Assembly: GCA_963691875.1 (NCBI GenBank)
Contig: OY829846.1
Span: 4,544,001 to 4,608,000 of the forward strand
Origin: Aureliella sp.
GTDB lineage: Bacteria; Planctomycetota; Planctomycetia; Pirellulales; Pirellulaceae
Direction: 5' to 3'
Length of the DNA: 64,000 bases
Part shown: piece by piece, positions 31,000-40,165 of the stretch
Position numbering within the stretch: the stretch's first letter is position 1
Layout of the letters: every line of letters starts with the position of its first letter
The notes under the pieces: generated by a model
The model's input: only the letters and a program-made list of their open reading frames with translations
The model's database searches: none
Told to the model about the DNA's origin: nothing
Program-made: the position numbers and the translations under genes

Positions 31000-32379
31000 A
31001 TGATTTCTTCGGTGAGTTCAAATTTGTCTCGACTTTTAAGTGACACTGAATTGTTTCAGTGGGATCGTGAGCACTACTGGCACGCCTTCACTCAGATGGC
31101 CGAATACGAGCCTCTGCTTATCGAGCGTGCGAAAGGTGCATTTCTTTACACCAGCGATGGCCGCAAATTATTAGACGGTTGCAGCAGTCTTTGGTGCAAT
31201 GTGCACGGTCACGCTCATCCAAGAATTGATGCTGCAATTCAAGAGCAGCTGGGCAAGGTCGCACATGTCACTTCGTTAGGTGTAAGCAACCCAACTGCAA
31301 TCCAGCTTGCCAAGAAGTTGGCAGAGGTGACGCCAAACGGTCTGGAATGCGTTTTCTTCAGTTGTGATGGTTCCAGTGCCGTAGAGGCTGGATTGAAGCT
31401 CGCCTTTCAATATTGGCGGCAGTGCGATGCACCGCAGTCGCAGCGAGATCTTTACTTGGCACTGGGGAATTCCTACCACGGAGATACGCTCGGCAGCGTG
31501 AGCGTAGGTGGTGTGTCACGTTTCCATGCCATGTTTGCTCCCCTTCTTTTCGACGTCGTTCATGGTCCGTGTCCCGATAGCTATCGTTGTCCGGGCGGAT
31601 TGAGTGACGCAGAATTGACTGTGCATTATTTGTCTGAGTATCGGAAGTTGTTCGAGCAGTTTGGTAATCGTCTGGCAGCTGTAATTGTCGAGCCGTTGGT
31701 TCAAGGCGCTGCGGGAATGGTGATGCATCCCCCTGGGTTCTTGAAAGGCATGCGTGAATTGGCAAGCGAGTACGGGACTTTGTTGATTGCAGACGAAATA
31801 GCTGTTGGGATGGGCCGCACTGGTACGCTATGGGCTTGCGAGCAGGAGAACATCACACCTGATATTCTTTGTACGGCCAAGGGGCTAAGCGGCGGCTATT
31901 TGCCGATGGCTGCAACGGTGACAACGCGAAGAATCTGGAATGCATTCCTGGGCGAGTATTCCGAATCTCGCTCGTTTTTTCACGGGCACACCTATGGCGG
32001 CAATCCACTTGGTGCCGCCGCTGCGCTAGCCACGTTGGAGGTGTTTGAAGAAGAAAAGACTCTCGATCGAGTGCAGGAACTCAGCGGGATGTTCCGTGAA
32101 TTGCTCCGACCTTTGGCCGAGCATCCGCACGTGGGCGATGTACGGACTCGAGGACTGATCGCAGCCGTAGAGTTGGTTCAGGACAAGCAATCTAAGGCCG
32201 GCTATCCGTGGTCGGATCGCAAAGGCTATGAGTTGTGCGATGCGTCGATGGGGAAGGGGGTTTGGTTGCGACCGATTGGAAATGTAGTCATTGCCATGCC
32301 GCCACTGTGTAGCGATGAAGTCCACTTGCAGCAGCTGGTCGAAGCACTCCAGTTTGGGCTTCAGCAAGTAAGTTGGTAG
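31000..32379 (+). CDS. bioA: Adenosylmethionine-8-amino-7-oxononanoate transaminase
   Basis: WHAFTQM, SSLWCNVHGH, YHGDTLG, DEIAVGMGRTG, AKGLSGGYLP, HGHTYGGNP. Confidence 0.93.
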   Translation: MISSVSSNLSRLLSDTELFQWDREHYWHAFTQMAEYEPLLIERAKGAFLYTSDGRKLLDGCSSLWCNVHGHAHPRIDAAIQEQLGKVAHVTSLGVSNPTAIQLAKKLAEVTPNGLECVFFSCDGSSAVEAGLKLAFQYWRQCDAPQSQRDLYLALGNSYHGDTLGSVSVGGVSRFHAMFAPLLFDVVHGPCPDSYRCPGGLSDAELTVHYLSEYRKLFEQFGNRLAAVIVEPLVQGAAGMVMHPPGFLKGMRELASEYGTLLIADEIAVGMGRTGTLWACEQENITPDILCTAKGLSGGYLPMAATVTTRRIWNAFLGEYSESRSFFHGHTYGGNPLGAAAALATLEVFEEEKTLDRVQELSGMFRELLRPLAEHPHVGDVRTRGLIAAVELVQDKQSKAGYPWSDRKGYELCDASMGKGVWLRPIGNVVIAMPPLCSDEVHLQQLVEALQFGLQQVSW

Positions 32380-32484
32380 CGTGCTTCCGAACGCCGCTGA
32401 TCGTCTATTGATGGTGGTGTTCGCCGAACATCGCCCGCTCCTCCTGATCTACCTCACGAACGTGACGCGAACAGAGTTTCATGC

Positions 32485-32952
32485 CTACTTGGCTCGCGAC
32501 TGTTCTAGCTGAAGAGCAGCAGGCATGGGAGCCTCGCCCGCAGGTAGCGGTTGAGGCTGCATGACGGAATTCATGGCTGGTGCTGGAACCGCTTTTTCTG
32601 ACTTGGTGTTTGGCCGAGCTCCGGTCTGCAGGACCTCCCATGGCTTTGGTGCAAAATAACGCGTGTATCGTGGTGGTGCGTTCCAGACGGTATAGCTGCC
32701 AGCTCGGACGTTCTCTGACCACACTATTGCTTCTTGACTACTTGGAGCAATCTTCGACGCAACCCAGCCGGGCCAAAAGCGAGGCCGGTTGTAGCTCTTG
32801 CGATATTCTGGTGGCAGGTGATCAGCCCAATAAGGAAGGATGTCCGGGCGTGGATCACGAGTCTTGTTGAAAGTCGGTCGCTCACCTGCGAGGCAAGTGG
32901 TGGAGGTCAGCAAGACTAGAAGTGTAGCTACGGAGAGTAGTTGCTTGAGCAT
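32485..32952 (-). CDS. Secreted hypothetical protein
   Basis: Signal peptide MLKQLLSVATLLVLLTSTTCLA; aromatic-rich core; Pro/Ala-rich tail. Confidence 0.65.
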   Translation of the reverse strand: MLKQLLSVATLLVLLTSTTCLAGERPTFNKTRDPRPDILPYWADHLPPEYRKSYNRPRFWPGWVASKIAPSSQEAIVWSENVRAGSYTVWNAPPRYTRYFAPKPWEVLQTGARPNTKSEKAVPAPAMNSVMQPQPLPAGEAPMPAALQLEQSRAK

Positions 32953-33310
32953 GGCGATTCCGTCCGCGGTAATTTGATGACGTGTGCAAGAGTATCCGTA
33001 CTTGTCGGTCGTCGCACCTTGTTTCGCTTTCATTCGGCCTGTTTGCCCCAGCGATGAATTCAGAATGTTATCTGGACAACGGAATTGCTTGCAGTAGATC
33101 GATATCGAAGTGTGATGCGGATTATTCAGGCTTAATACGCTGGCTCGGTTCTGTTTTTAACGGTCGACGCTCTCATAAGAATGCTAAACTCTAACAATTA
33201 TCGGCTTAGAGCCGGCGTGTGTGGACAGTTGAATGACCGCTCCATTCTGCAGTGCCAGCTATGAATACTCGACGCCGATCGAGAATAGGTGAGAATGATT
33301 GATTGAAATA

Positions 33311-34537
33311 ATGAATAAGCTGTTGCCTACCAGTTTTGTTTTCCAGGTTCTGTTCCTGACCGGGCTTGCTCAGGCTCAGCCACCGGGCTCGCCTTTCACG
33401 AGCTACGCCGAACTCCGGAATCGTCTGGTTCAGGATGTCTTGGTACCGGGTGGAGTGCAGGATGAGCGAGTGCTGTCAGCGATTCGCAACACCCCTCGCC
33501 ACGAATTTGTACCACTCAATTTTCGCAATCAGGCCTACTTCGATCGTGCGCTTCCGATTGGTGCCGCTCAGACGATCAGCAGTCCCTTCATCGTTGCCAT
33601 GATGACTCAGGAGCTGGATACCGAAGGAGAGCATAAAGTGCTTGAGATTGGCACCGGTAGCGGATATCAGGCAGCCGTACTGAGTCCCTTGGTCAAAGAG
33701 GTTTACTCCATCGAGATCGTACCTGAGCTGGGTAGAAGTGCTCGGCGGGTGCTCAGTTCGCTTGGCTACAAGAACATCACGACCAAGATCGGCGATGGCT
33801 TCAAGGGATGGCAAGAGCACGCCCCCTTTGATCGCATCATTGTGACGTGTAGTCCGGAAGATGTGCCCAAACCGCTTGTGGATCAACTGGTCGAAGGTGG
33901 TTTGATGGTTGTTCCAGTCGGAGAGCGATTCCAGCAAACGCTCTACTTGATGCGGAAGAAAGGCGGCAAGCTGGAGCGCGAAGCCTTGCGCCCGACCCTT
34001 TTCGTACCGATGACAGGCACCGCAGAGGACAATCGAAAAGTCATCGCTGATCCGGCGAATCCAGTGCTTATGAACGGGGATTTCGAAAGGGATCCACCGA
34101 AGAACGGCTTTATGGATGGTTGGTACTACCAGCGTCAATTAACTTGGAAAAAAGAGGAAAGCCCGAGTGGCAAGGCTCACGTGGAATTCGAAAATGACGT
34201 GGCAGGTCGACCAGCGAATCTGCTTCAAGGCGTTGCTCTGGATGGACGTGAGGTTCCACGCATTGAGCTCTCGGCAATGGTTAAGCTCGAGTCAGTGCGA
34301 CCCGGCTTGAGTCGCGACGAGCTGCCAGCGGTGACGATTCGCTTTTTCGATGAGCAACGTAGTCTGCTGGGCACGCACTTCATCGGTCCGTTTTTTGGAA
34401 CTCGAGACTGGAAAGAAGAAAAGCGAGTTTTTCGTGTTCCCAATGCTTCACGTTTTGCCATTGTATCAATTGGTCTTCTAGGCGGCGTGGGAACAGCCAG
34501 CTTTGACGCTGTAAAGCTCCAGCCCGCGAAGCGTTAG
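33311..34537 (+). CDS. pcm: Protein-L-isoaspartate O-methyltransferase with signal peptide and C-terminal CBM-like domain
   Basis: PRHEFVP, QTISSP, VLEIGTGSGYQAA, APFDRIIVT, QLVEGG, FVPMTG; then NGDFE..GW beta-sandwich-like extension. Confidence 0.88.
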   Translation: MNKLLPTSFVFQVLFLTGLAQAQPPGSPFTSYAELRNRLVQDVLVPGGVQDERVLSAIRNTPRHEFVPLNFRNQAYFDRALPIGAAQTISSPFIVAMMTQELDTEGEHKVLEIGTGSGYQAAVLSPLVKEVYSIEIVPELGRSARRVLSSLGYKNITTKIGDGFKGWQEHAPFDRIIVTCSPEDVPKPLVDQLVEGGLMVVPVGERFQQTLYLMRKKGGKLEREALRPTLFVPMTGTAEDNRKVIADPANPVLMNGDFERDPPKNGFMDGWYYQRQLTWKKEESPSGKAHVEFENDVAGRPANLLQGVALDGREVPRIELSAMVKLESVRPGLSRDELPAVTIRFFDEQRSLLGTHFIGPFFGTRDWKEEKRVFRVPNASRFAIVSIGLLGGVGTASFDAVKLQPAKR

Positions 34538-34715
34538 ACGGTTCTGGAAGTTGCTTATTCAGCCTGTTTTGGCAGGCCTACCTTGTCGTTAAAAACCGCC
34601 TAATCTGCTTGATCGGCCATGCCAAGTGGATATGCTATCGATTTAGGGGATCGAGCCTTCTCCCTGCAAGGATGCATATCCAAAGGTGTCTGTGAAGTTT
34701 CAGGAGAAAATCAGC

Positions 34716-35774
34716 ATGAAGTTTCAAGCAAACTATTTATGGGGCGCTGCCTTAGCGGTGCTCATTACACCAGCGGCTGATCTGCAAGCTGGCTGGCGTC
34801 ATTTGCACGGTGGTTCCAGCGGCAGCTATGCCAGCCACGGTAGCAGCGGAGTGAGCTACAACTCCTCCGGGCACGGTTCGTCCGGCTACAGTTCCTATTC
34901 GGTTTCCTACGGCAGTAGCGGCTATTCCGCGTCCAGTGGCAGCTGGGGATCATCTGGAGCAAGCAGCGGATATCCAGTTCTGTTTCCTCGCATTCGTCAT
35001 CATTTTGCGATGAAGCGAGCTCGTCGCGCGGCCTACTACGCAAGTAGTGGTGGCTCCAGTGGTTACACCACTTCCTATTCGTCAAGCGGCGGAAGTTCGG
35101 GAGTTTCATATCACAGCAATTACGGGAGCTCCGGCGCAGCGGTAAGTTATGCTCCAGCAACCGTCAGCTACGGCAGCTCTGGAAATGTTGGTGTTACGAG
35201 CCCGAATTCGTACTACGGAAGCAAGCCTGCTCCATTAGCTGTTCAATCGCTAGCCTCAAATGCAGCTGGCGATACCGTCTATTTGAATGTTGCGGTGCCA
35301 AGTGAAACAAAAGTATTCGTCAACGGTAAGCAAACGACCAGCAAGGGCACGCTTCGCCAGTTTGTGAGTCATGGCCTGACCGCTGGTAAGACCTACACTT
35401 TCAAAATTCGAGCTGAGTTGGCTTCTGCTGATGGCGGAAACTTGGTCGAGACGAAGGACGTCGTGGTTCACGCGGGCAGTTCCGAAAGCATTGCCTTTGA
35501 TTTTGATAACTCGAACGAGTCGATCGAAACCGCATTAACCTTGAATGTTCCTGAGGGAGCCAAGGTGACTCTGGCTGGTAACAACACCAAAGCCATCGGC
35601 GATGTTCGGACCTACCGAACAAGCAACATGAAAGTTGGAGAAGTCTGGGATGACTACGAAGTGCAAGTTGCCTTTGATGGGCAAGTCAAGAAGCAAGCGA
35701 TTCGTTTGATTGCAGGCGACAATCTTGAGTTGACCTTCAGCTTCGATCAGCCAGATAAGTTGGCGGCTCGTTAA
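34716..35774 (+). CDS. TIGR03000 domain secreted protein (two domains) with Ser/Gly/Tyr-rich N-terminus
   Basis: AGGAG RBS; VPSETKVFVNGKQTTSKGTLRQFVS..Y.F.IRAE and a second copy VPEGAKVTLAGNNT..RTYRT. Confidence 0.85.
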   Translation: MKFQANYLWGAALAVLITPAADLQAGWRHLHGGSSGSYASHGSSGVSYNSSGHGSSGYSSYSVSYGSSGYSASSGSWGSSGASSGYPVLFPRIRHHFAMKRARRAAYYASSGGSSGYTTSYSSSGGSSGVSYHSNYGSSGAAVSYAPATVSYGSSGNVGVTSPNSYYGSKPAPLAVQSLASNAAGDTVYLNVAVPSETKVFVNGKQTTSKGTLRQFVSHGLTAGKTYTFKIRAELASADGGNLVETKDVVVHAGSSESIAFDFDNSNESIETALTLNVPEGAKVTLAGNNTKAIGDVRTYRTSNMKVGEVWDDYEVQVAFDGQVKKQAIRLIAGDNLELTFSFDQPDKLAAR

Positions 35775-35818
35775 GAATTGCATCCTGCGGTTTTTTCGCG
35801 GGCCCAAAGCAAAAGACT

Positions 35819-35856
35819 CAAACCCTCGCCGGCTTTCGCTGGCGAGGGTTTTTTCG
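35819..35856 (+). terminator. Intrinsic terminator
   Basis: AACCCTCGCCGGC-tttc-GCTGGCGAGGGTT followed by TTTT. Confidence 0.85.
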
Positions 35857-35953
35857 TGTCTAGATTTCTTGATGTCCCTACTCTCGCCGAGTTGTTCCTC
35901 GGGTATCATGACCGACTTTAAAGGTTCTGGTTTCTATCGAGCTAATTGCTGTC

Positions 35954-36688
35954 TTGAATCCAAAGTCATCTAAGTCGAAACATCCGGAGCTAGAAAACGC
36001 GAGTCAACGGTTGGGAGTAACGCTGGGCCGCAAGTGGCGCGTCGCGCTTTCGTTGCTTATCGCTTTGCATCTGCTGGCAGTTACTGCAGAGCCGTTTCGG
36101 TTCTTCTCGCGAAGTTCAAGAGGTACTTCGCCTGCAGCAGATCCAGGGCGGGAGTTGCTCGCTCCCTATGTCGAATTCGCCTATTTGAGCCATGGCTATT
36201 TCTTCTTCGCGCCCGAGCCAGGGCCGAGCCACTTGATCGAATGTCGATTGCAAGACGCGCAAGGTCAGCAACTAAGCTTGCGCTATCCCGATCGCCAGGC
36301 TCAATGGCCGCGCCTGCTTTATCATCGTCACTTCATGCTCACCGAGAACTTGCATCAGATTTGGGCACCGCCGGTGGATCTGCGGGTGTTCGAAGAGGAT
36401 GAAGCGCTCGGGCGGCAATGGCGAGCGGATCGCAAGCGGTATGAAAAGGTTCGCGACTCGATGACCAACTATGTAGCTGCGACGTTTGGCGTTGAAGAAG
36501 TAGAGCTGGATCGAGTGGAGCATCGTCTGCCGAGCGGTGAAGAAGTGCTTGAACGCGATCCTCCTTTGAAGCTCGATGATCCTTCGCTGTATCTCGTCTT
36601 ACCCGACTCGGAGTTGCCAGAAGCCAGGACGCCTCCAGTCGCCGGCCCTGAGTCCAATGACAGCCAGCGAGGAAAGCCGGGACAATAA
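35954..36688 (+). CDS. Membrane-anchored hypothetical protein (SdpA/DUF5819-like HTTM partner)
   Basis: N-terminal TM helix, HGYFFFAPEPGP motif; stop overlaps the HTTM start (TAATG). Family assignment is inferred. Confidence 0.6.
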   Translation: MNPKSSKSKHPELENASQRLGVTLGRKWRVALSLLIALHLLAVTAEPFRFFSRSSRGTSPAADPGRELLAPYVEFAYLSHGYFFFAPEPGPSHLIECRLQDAQGQQLSLRYPDRQAQWPRLLYHRHFMLTENLHQIWAPPVDLRVFEEDEALGRQWRADRKRYEKVRDSMTNYVAATFGVEEVELDRVEHRLPSGEEVLERDPPLKLDDPSLYLVLPDSELPEARTPPVAGPESNDSQRGKPGQ

Positions 36689-37629
36689 TGCAAGCGATCA
36701 CAGCGGAGCTGAAGATTTGGTGGCAGCAAGTGTCTGATGGATGGAACCAATTTTGGTTTCGCCCAGCCCAGCCTCATTCTCTGGCAGTCATACGGGTTGG
36801 CTGTGGGTTGATGTTGGCCTATGTGCATTTGATCTGGCTGCTTAGGCAAGCTGACTTCTTGGGGCCGAATGCCTGGATCGATCGCGGCACCAGCCAGATG
36901 CTTCACCAGAATGATTGGGCTTGGAGTTGGTTGTGGTACACCGACAATCCTTGGCTCACCGGTTTGCATGAATCATTGGCTTTAGTTGCCGCCTTGATGA
37001 TGGCGGCTGGATTGTTCACCCGAATCGTAGTGCCAGTCGTTTGGTTTTTAACGCTGATGACCTGCCATCGTTTGACCTTTGCACTCTTCGGCCTCGACCA
37101 AATCACGATGATGCTCGCCATGTACCTCATGATTGCTGATTCGGGAGCGGTGTGGAGTATTGATAGTCGCCTTCATCGCGGTGAGAGCAGCGGCAAGTGG
37201 TGGCAGCCGGTTTCTAGATTGAGCACGCGCAACAACCTCGCCACTCGGCTTATTCAAGTGCACTTGTGTGTGATCTATCTCTTTGGTGGACTCGGAAAAA
37301 TGCGCGGCGAGATGTGGTATGAAGGCAGTGCGCTCTGGTTCACGCTCGTCAATTACGAGTACCAGTCGATGGATTTGACGTGGCTTGGCAAGTCGCCATG
37401 GTTGATTGCTATGTTGAGCGCTGGCACGATCTTCTGGGAGACATTCTACTGTGCTCTCGTCTGGCCTAAGCTGACCCGTCCGCTTGCTTTGGGGATGGCA
37501 TTTTTCGTCCACGCAGGCATTGCCCTTGGTCTGGGCATGATCACCTTTGGCCTCATCATGATTCTCGCCAACTTCGCCTTTATCGACCCCAGGTGGTTTC
37601 AGAATGTGACTGGTCAAAGGCAAGGCTAG
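36688..37629 (+). CDS. HTTM domain membrane protein
   Basis: WNQFWF..LAVIRV, GLFTR, WSID, RLIQVHLCVIYLFGGLGK..W..GSA, FVHAGI. Confidence 0.85.
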   Translation: MQAITAELKIWWQQVSDGWNQFWFRPAQPHSLAVIRVGCGLMLAYVHLIWLLRQADFLGPNAWIDRGTSQMLHQNDWAWSWLWYTDNPWLTGLHESLALVAALMMAAGLFTRIVVPVVWFLTLMTCHRLTFALFGLDQITMMLAMYLMIADSGAVWSIDSRLHRGESSGKWWQPVSRLSTRNNLATRLIQVHLCVIYLFGGLGKMRGEMWYEGSALWFTLVNYEYQSMDLTWLGKSPWLIAMLSAGTIFWETFYCALVWPKLTRPLALGMAFFVHAGIALGLGMITFGLIMILANFAFIDPRWFQNVTGQRQG

Positions 37630-37681
37630 AGAACTGTCTTGCGTTGTGAGGTTTCTCAGGTGGTAGGAAAGACGCCACAAA

Positions 37682-37711
37682 AAAATGCAAAGCCGATCGG
37701 CTTTGCATTTT
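37682..37711. terminator. Bidirectional intrinsic terminator
   Basis: Perfect palindrome AAAATGCAAAGCCGATCGGCTTTGCATTTT between convergent genes. Confidence 0.8.
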
Positions 37712-37760
37712 GCGTAGTTTGAGAGAGCATTTGCTGGGTTTCTCCAGCAAGTATGTTCTT

Positions 37761-38648
37761 CTAGATTCGGCGACGCCGGAAGCGAAGGAGTCCGAGGCTC
37801 AGTGCTAAGCACGCAGACAGACTCGATGGCTCGGGTACGAAATTGAGGTTGTCTACAGCAACGTACAGCGGAGTGTTGATGCCAAAAGTGCCCACATCCG
37901 TGGAGGAGTAGGTCAAACCCACGGAGTGTGCACCGGCCAAGGCGCTGAGGTCTACGGTGCGCCACGTGTTCAGGATATAATCTTGGCTGTTGTCTGCAAA
38001 CCGGTAGTCAGCCAGATCAACCGTTACCGAGCCGATTGCTGATCCGCTTCCTGTAGCTCCGCCGGTAGCGTCGAAGGCAGTAAAGGTGACTTGAAACAAA
38101 TCTGGATCGTTGCCGCTGGTTCCGCCAAACTGCTTGGCAAACTGATCGCCATTCAGCATCGAGAGATAGCCGTAGGTTCCGTTGGTAACATCGATAGACT
38201 TTAGTGCGAGTCCTGGGGTGACGTTGAAGTACGCCCCGTGGCCAAATGACATCCCATAGGTGCCACTGTCATCGAATCCGCCAGCGCCGTTCGAACCGCC
38301 TCCGGGGCTGGCTGCGTATTGGTTGCCAGAACCTGCAGTCGTGCTATCCGCAACGCTTGACCAGCTCCAGCCACTCCAGTAGTCGCCGCCGTCAAATTGA
38401 GTGTAGTTGTTATTGAACTCGAATCCTTCGACGCTCCATAGCTGCTGGTACTGAGTTCCCCAGTTAGAAGTTTGTTCGCCGGTTACGCGATAGTTACCTC
38501 TGTACGCATCATTGCCAGGGCGATTGTTACCGTTGTAGAAACGACTTGCGGGGGTCGGTAAGCCTTCAAAGTCGACTACCATTTCGGCTTGTGCATTCCG
38601 GGCACTGCCTAGAATCGTGAGGATGCCGAGCATCCATGAAAGTTGCAT
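37761..38648 (-). CDS. DUF4465 domain PEP-CTERM surface protein (candidate cobalamin-binding protein)
   Basis: Signal peptide; WSGWSWSS..NQY, TNGTYGYLSMLNGDQFAK, VDLADYRF..WRTVDLS, SSTDVGTFGINTPLYVAVDN; C-terminal VPEPSS + TM + RRRR. Confidence 0.88.
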   Translation of the reverse strand: MQLSWMLGILTILGSARNAQAEMVVDFEGLPTPASRFYNGNNRPGNDAYRGNYRVTGEQTSNWGTQYQQLWSVEGFEFNNNYTQFDGGDYWSGWSWSSVADSTTAGSGNQYAASPGGGSNGAGGFDDSGTYGMSFGHGAYFNVTPGLALKSIDVTNGTYGYLSMLNGDQFAKQFGGTSGNDPDLFQVTFTAFDATGGATGSGSAIGSVTVDLADYRFADNSQDYILNTWRTVDLSALAGAHSVGLTYSSTDVGTFGINTPLYVAVDNLNFVPEPSSLSACLALSLGLLRFRRRRI

Positions 38649-38708
38649 TTTCAAGGAAAAATCTCCAAGGAGTGATGTCAAGTTGTGTTTCTATCCAAAT
38701 TCTTGCTT

Positions 38709-39524
38709 CTAGAACTCTTCTCCCGAAACGGCTTCTCCGCCGCGTCGAGTGATTAGAGCGCCGAGAACTTGATGGTCGATATTGTTCGTTAGAAAGTGGA
38801 CGTGTCCGTCTGCAAATAGTGCCATTGCGCCACCGGGATGCTGGCTGCGGATTTCATTGTCGCCAATCCATGCGTCGGGATCGTTTACGCCGCCGACCTG
38901 AACGAAAACATTGCGGCCGTTGATCCATTCGCTGTCGGGACCACCGATGTCTTCAGCGACTGCCATGGTGGTGGACAATCCATCTCGTAGATCTTCCCAG
39001 TCAAGTTTTACGTCGTACAAGAAAACCCCGTCGTCAGGATTGCGTGTACGAATACGTTCACCGTAGAGACCGCCGTAATCTGTTTTGCCACGCTCCGATT
39101 CATTTTCTGGAGCAGAGGGGCAAACGAAGATTGAGATCTCTGTTGCGGCAGCTTCTCGATTGTCTGGATGGTCGAAAGGCTTCTGGAAATCGATACTGTC
39201 GAAGAGGTTTTGCTGCTCTAGGTGCGGCAGGATGAAAGCTGACCAAGCAAATTGACGTCTCGTCGTTGGCCCGCCGAAAGGTCGCCATTCCAGGCAGCCG
39301 ATGGGCAAGCGTTTCTTGGCTTCGTGAAAGCCGTGGATGCCGAGGCCGATCTGTTTCAAGTTGTTTTGGCACTGCGTGCGTCGGGCCGCTTCACGCGCTG
39401 CTTGGACTGCAGGCAGCAATAGCCCCATGAGAATTCCGATAATGGAAATGACGACCAGCAGTTCTACTAAGGTGAATGCTGCATGTATCTTTTGAAGAGA
39501 CTTCGGGCGCAGTTTCTTGCGCAT
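38709..39524 (-). CDS. DUF1559 prepilin-type (type IV pilin-like) protein
   Basis: [36 protein letters not shown]-terminal HPGGAMALFADG (H-X9-DG). Confidence 0.92.
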   Translation of the reverse strand: MRKKLRPKSLQKIHAAFTLVELLVVISIIGILMGLLLPAVQAAREAARRTQCQNNLKQIGLGIHGFHEAKKRLPIGCLEWRPFGGPTTRRQFAWSAFILPHLEQQNLFDSIDFQKPFDHPDNREAAATEISIFVCPSAPENESERGKTDYGGLYGERIRTRNPDDGVFLYDVKLDWEDLRDGLSTTMAVAEDIGGPDSEWINGRNVFVQVGGVNDPDAWIGDNEIRSQHPGGAMALFADGHVHFLTNNIDHQVLGALITRRGGEAVSGEEF

Positions 39525-39621
39525 GACGTACCTCGTGACAGTTAACGGACTTGGGGAAAAACCAGTCGAAAACGAATCAACTACTGGAGAAAGCCCTTTT
39601 CCGGAGAGCAAAATCCATCTC

Positions 39622-39823
39622 TTCGAGGTAGGTCTTCTGACTTGCTACCAACGCTTCCAATCGCCTTCTCGCCACAGGTGCAATACCTTGCGGCAATGGC
39701 CTTCAAAGAAGAAGGAAACGACCAATCTTCCGATTGGGGCAGCTTACAGCGGCCGGTCCGTCCCGGATTTTCACCGGGTTCCCTGTTCACACAGCAGGAG
39801 AAAACTCACTGCGTCACCTCGAA
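39622..39823 (-). ncRNA. Cobalamin riboswitch
   Basis: Minus strand: GGT..AACAGGGAACCCGGTGAAAATCCGGGACGGACCGGCCGCTGTA..GCCATTG..GAGAAGGC..AAGTCAGAAGACCTACC (B12 box); P1 stem TTCGAGGT/ACCTCGAA. Confidence 0.93.
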
Positions 39824-40165
39824 CAAACGCAAAGCATACCAGCTATGCCGCTCTTGTCAATGAAAACAGTTTTGTCCTCGTTCTGCTCGTTGCCCAATTG
39901 GCGTCAAGGAAAGAGTGAAAGCCAATCTCAGGCATTGAATCTCAGGCGACGACTTAGGCTTGCGCAATGGGTAGATTACGAATATTCGTGGTGCTGTCGA
40001 CGCATTGCTGTACCTCTTTTGGTGCTCATGGGTTAGATTCCAGCTGTTATCGCTGGGCCAGTGCCGCGACAGTCAAGGAACACTGAAACGGTTAATATCT
40101 TGGTCAACGCATGCATGCCAGAGCGCGAACAGGGTACAGAATCCTTTGCTACAAGAGAGACCGAC

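Noticed and set aside
37048..37965. 305-aa minus-strand ORF
   Set aside because: Overlaps both the HTTM and DUF4465 genes and crosses a terminator; no motifs.
39581..39918. Short ORFs overlapping 39.6-39.9 kb
   Set aside because: The region is explained by the cobalamin riboswitch and divergent promoters.
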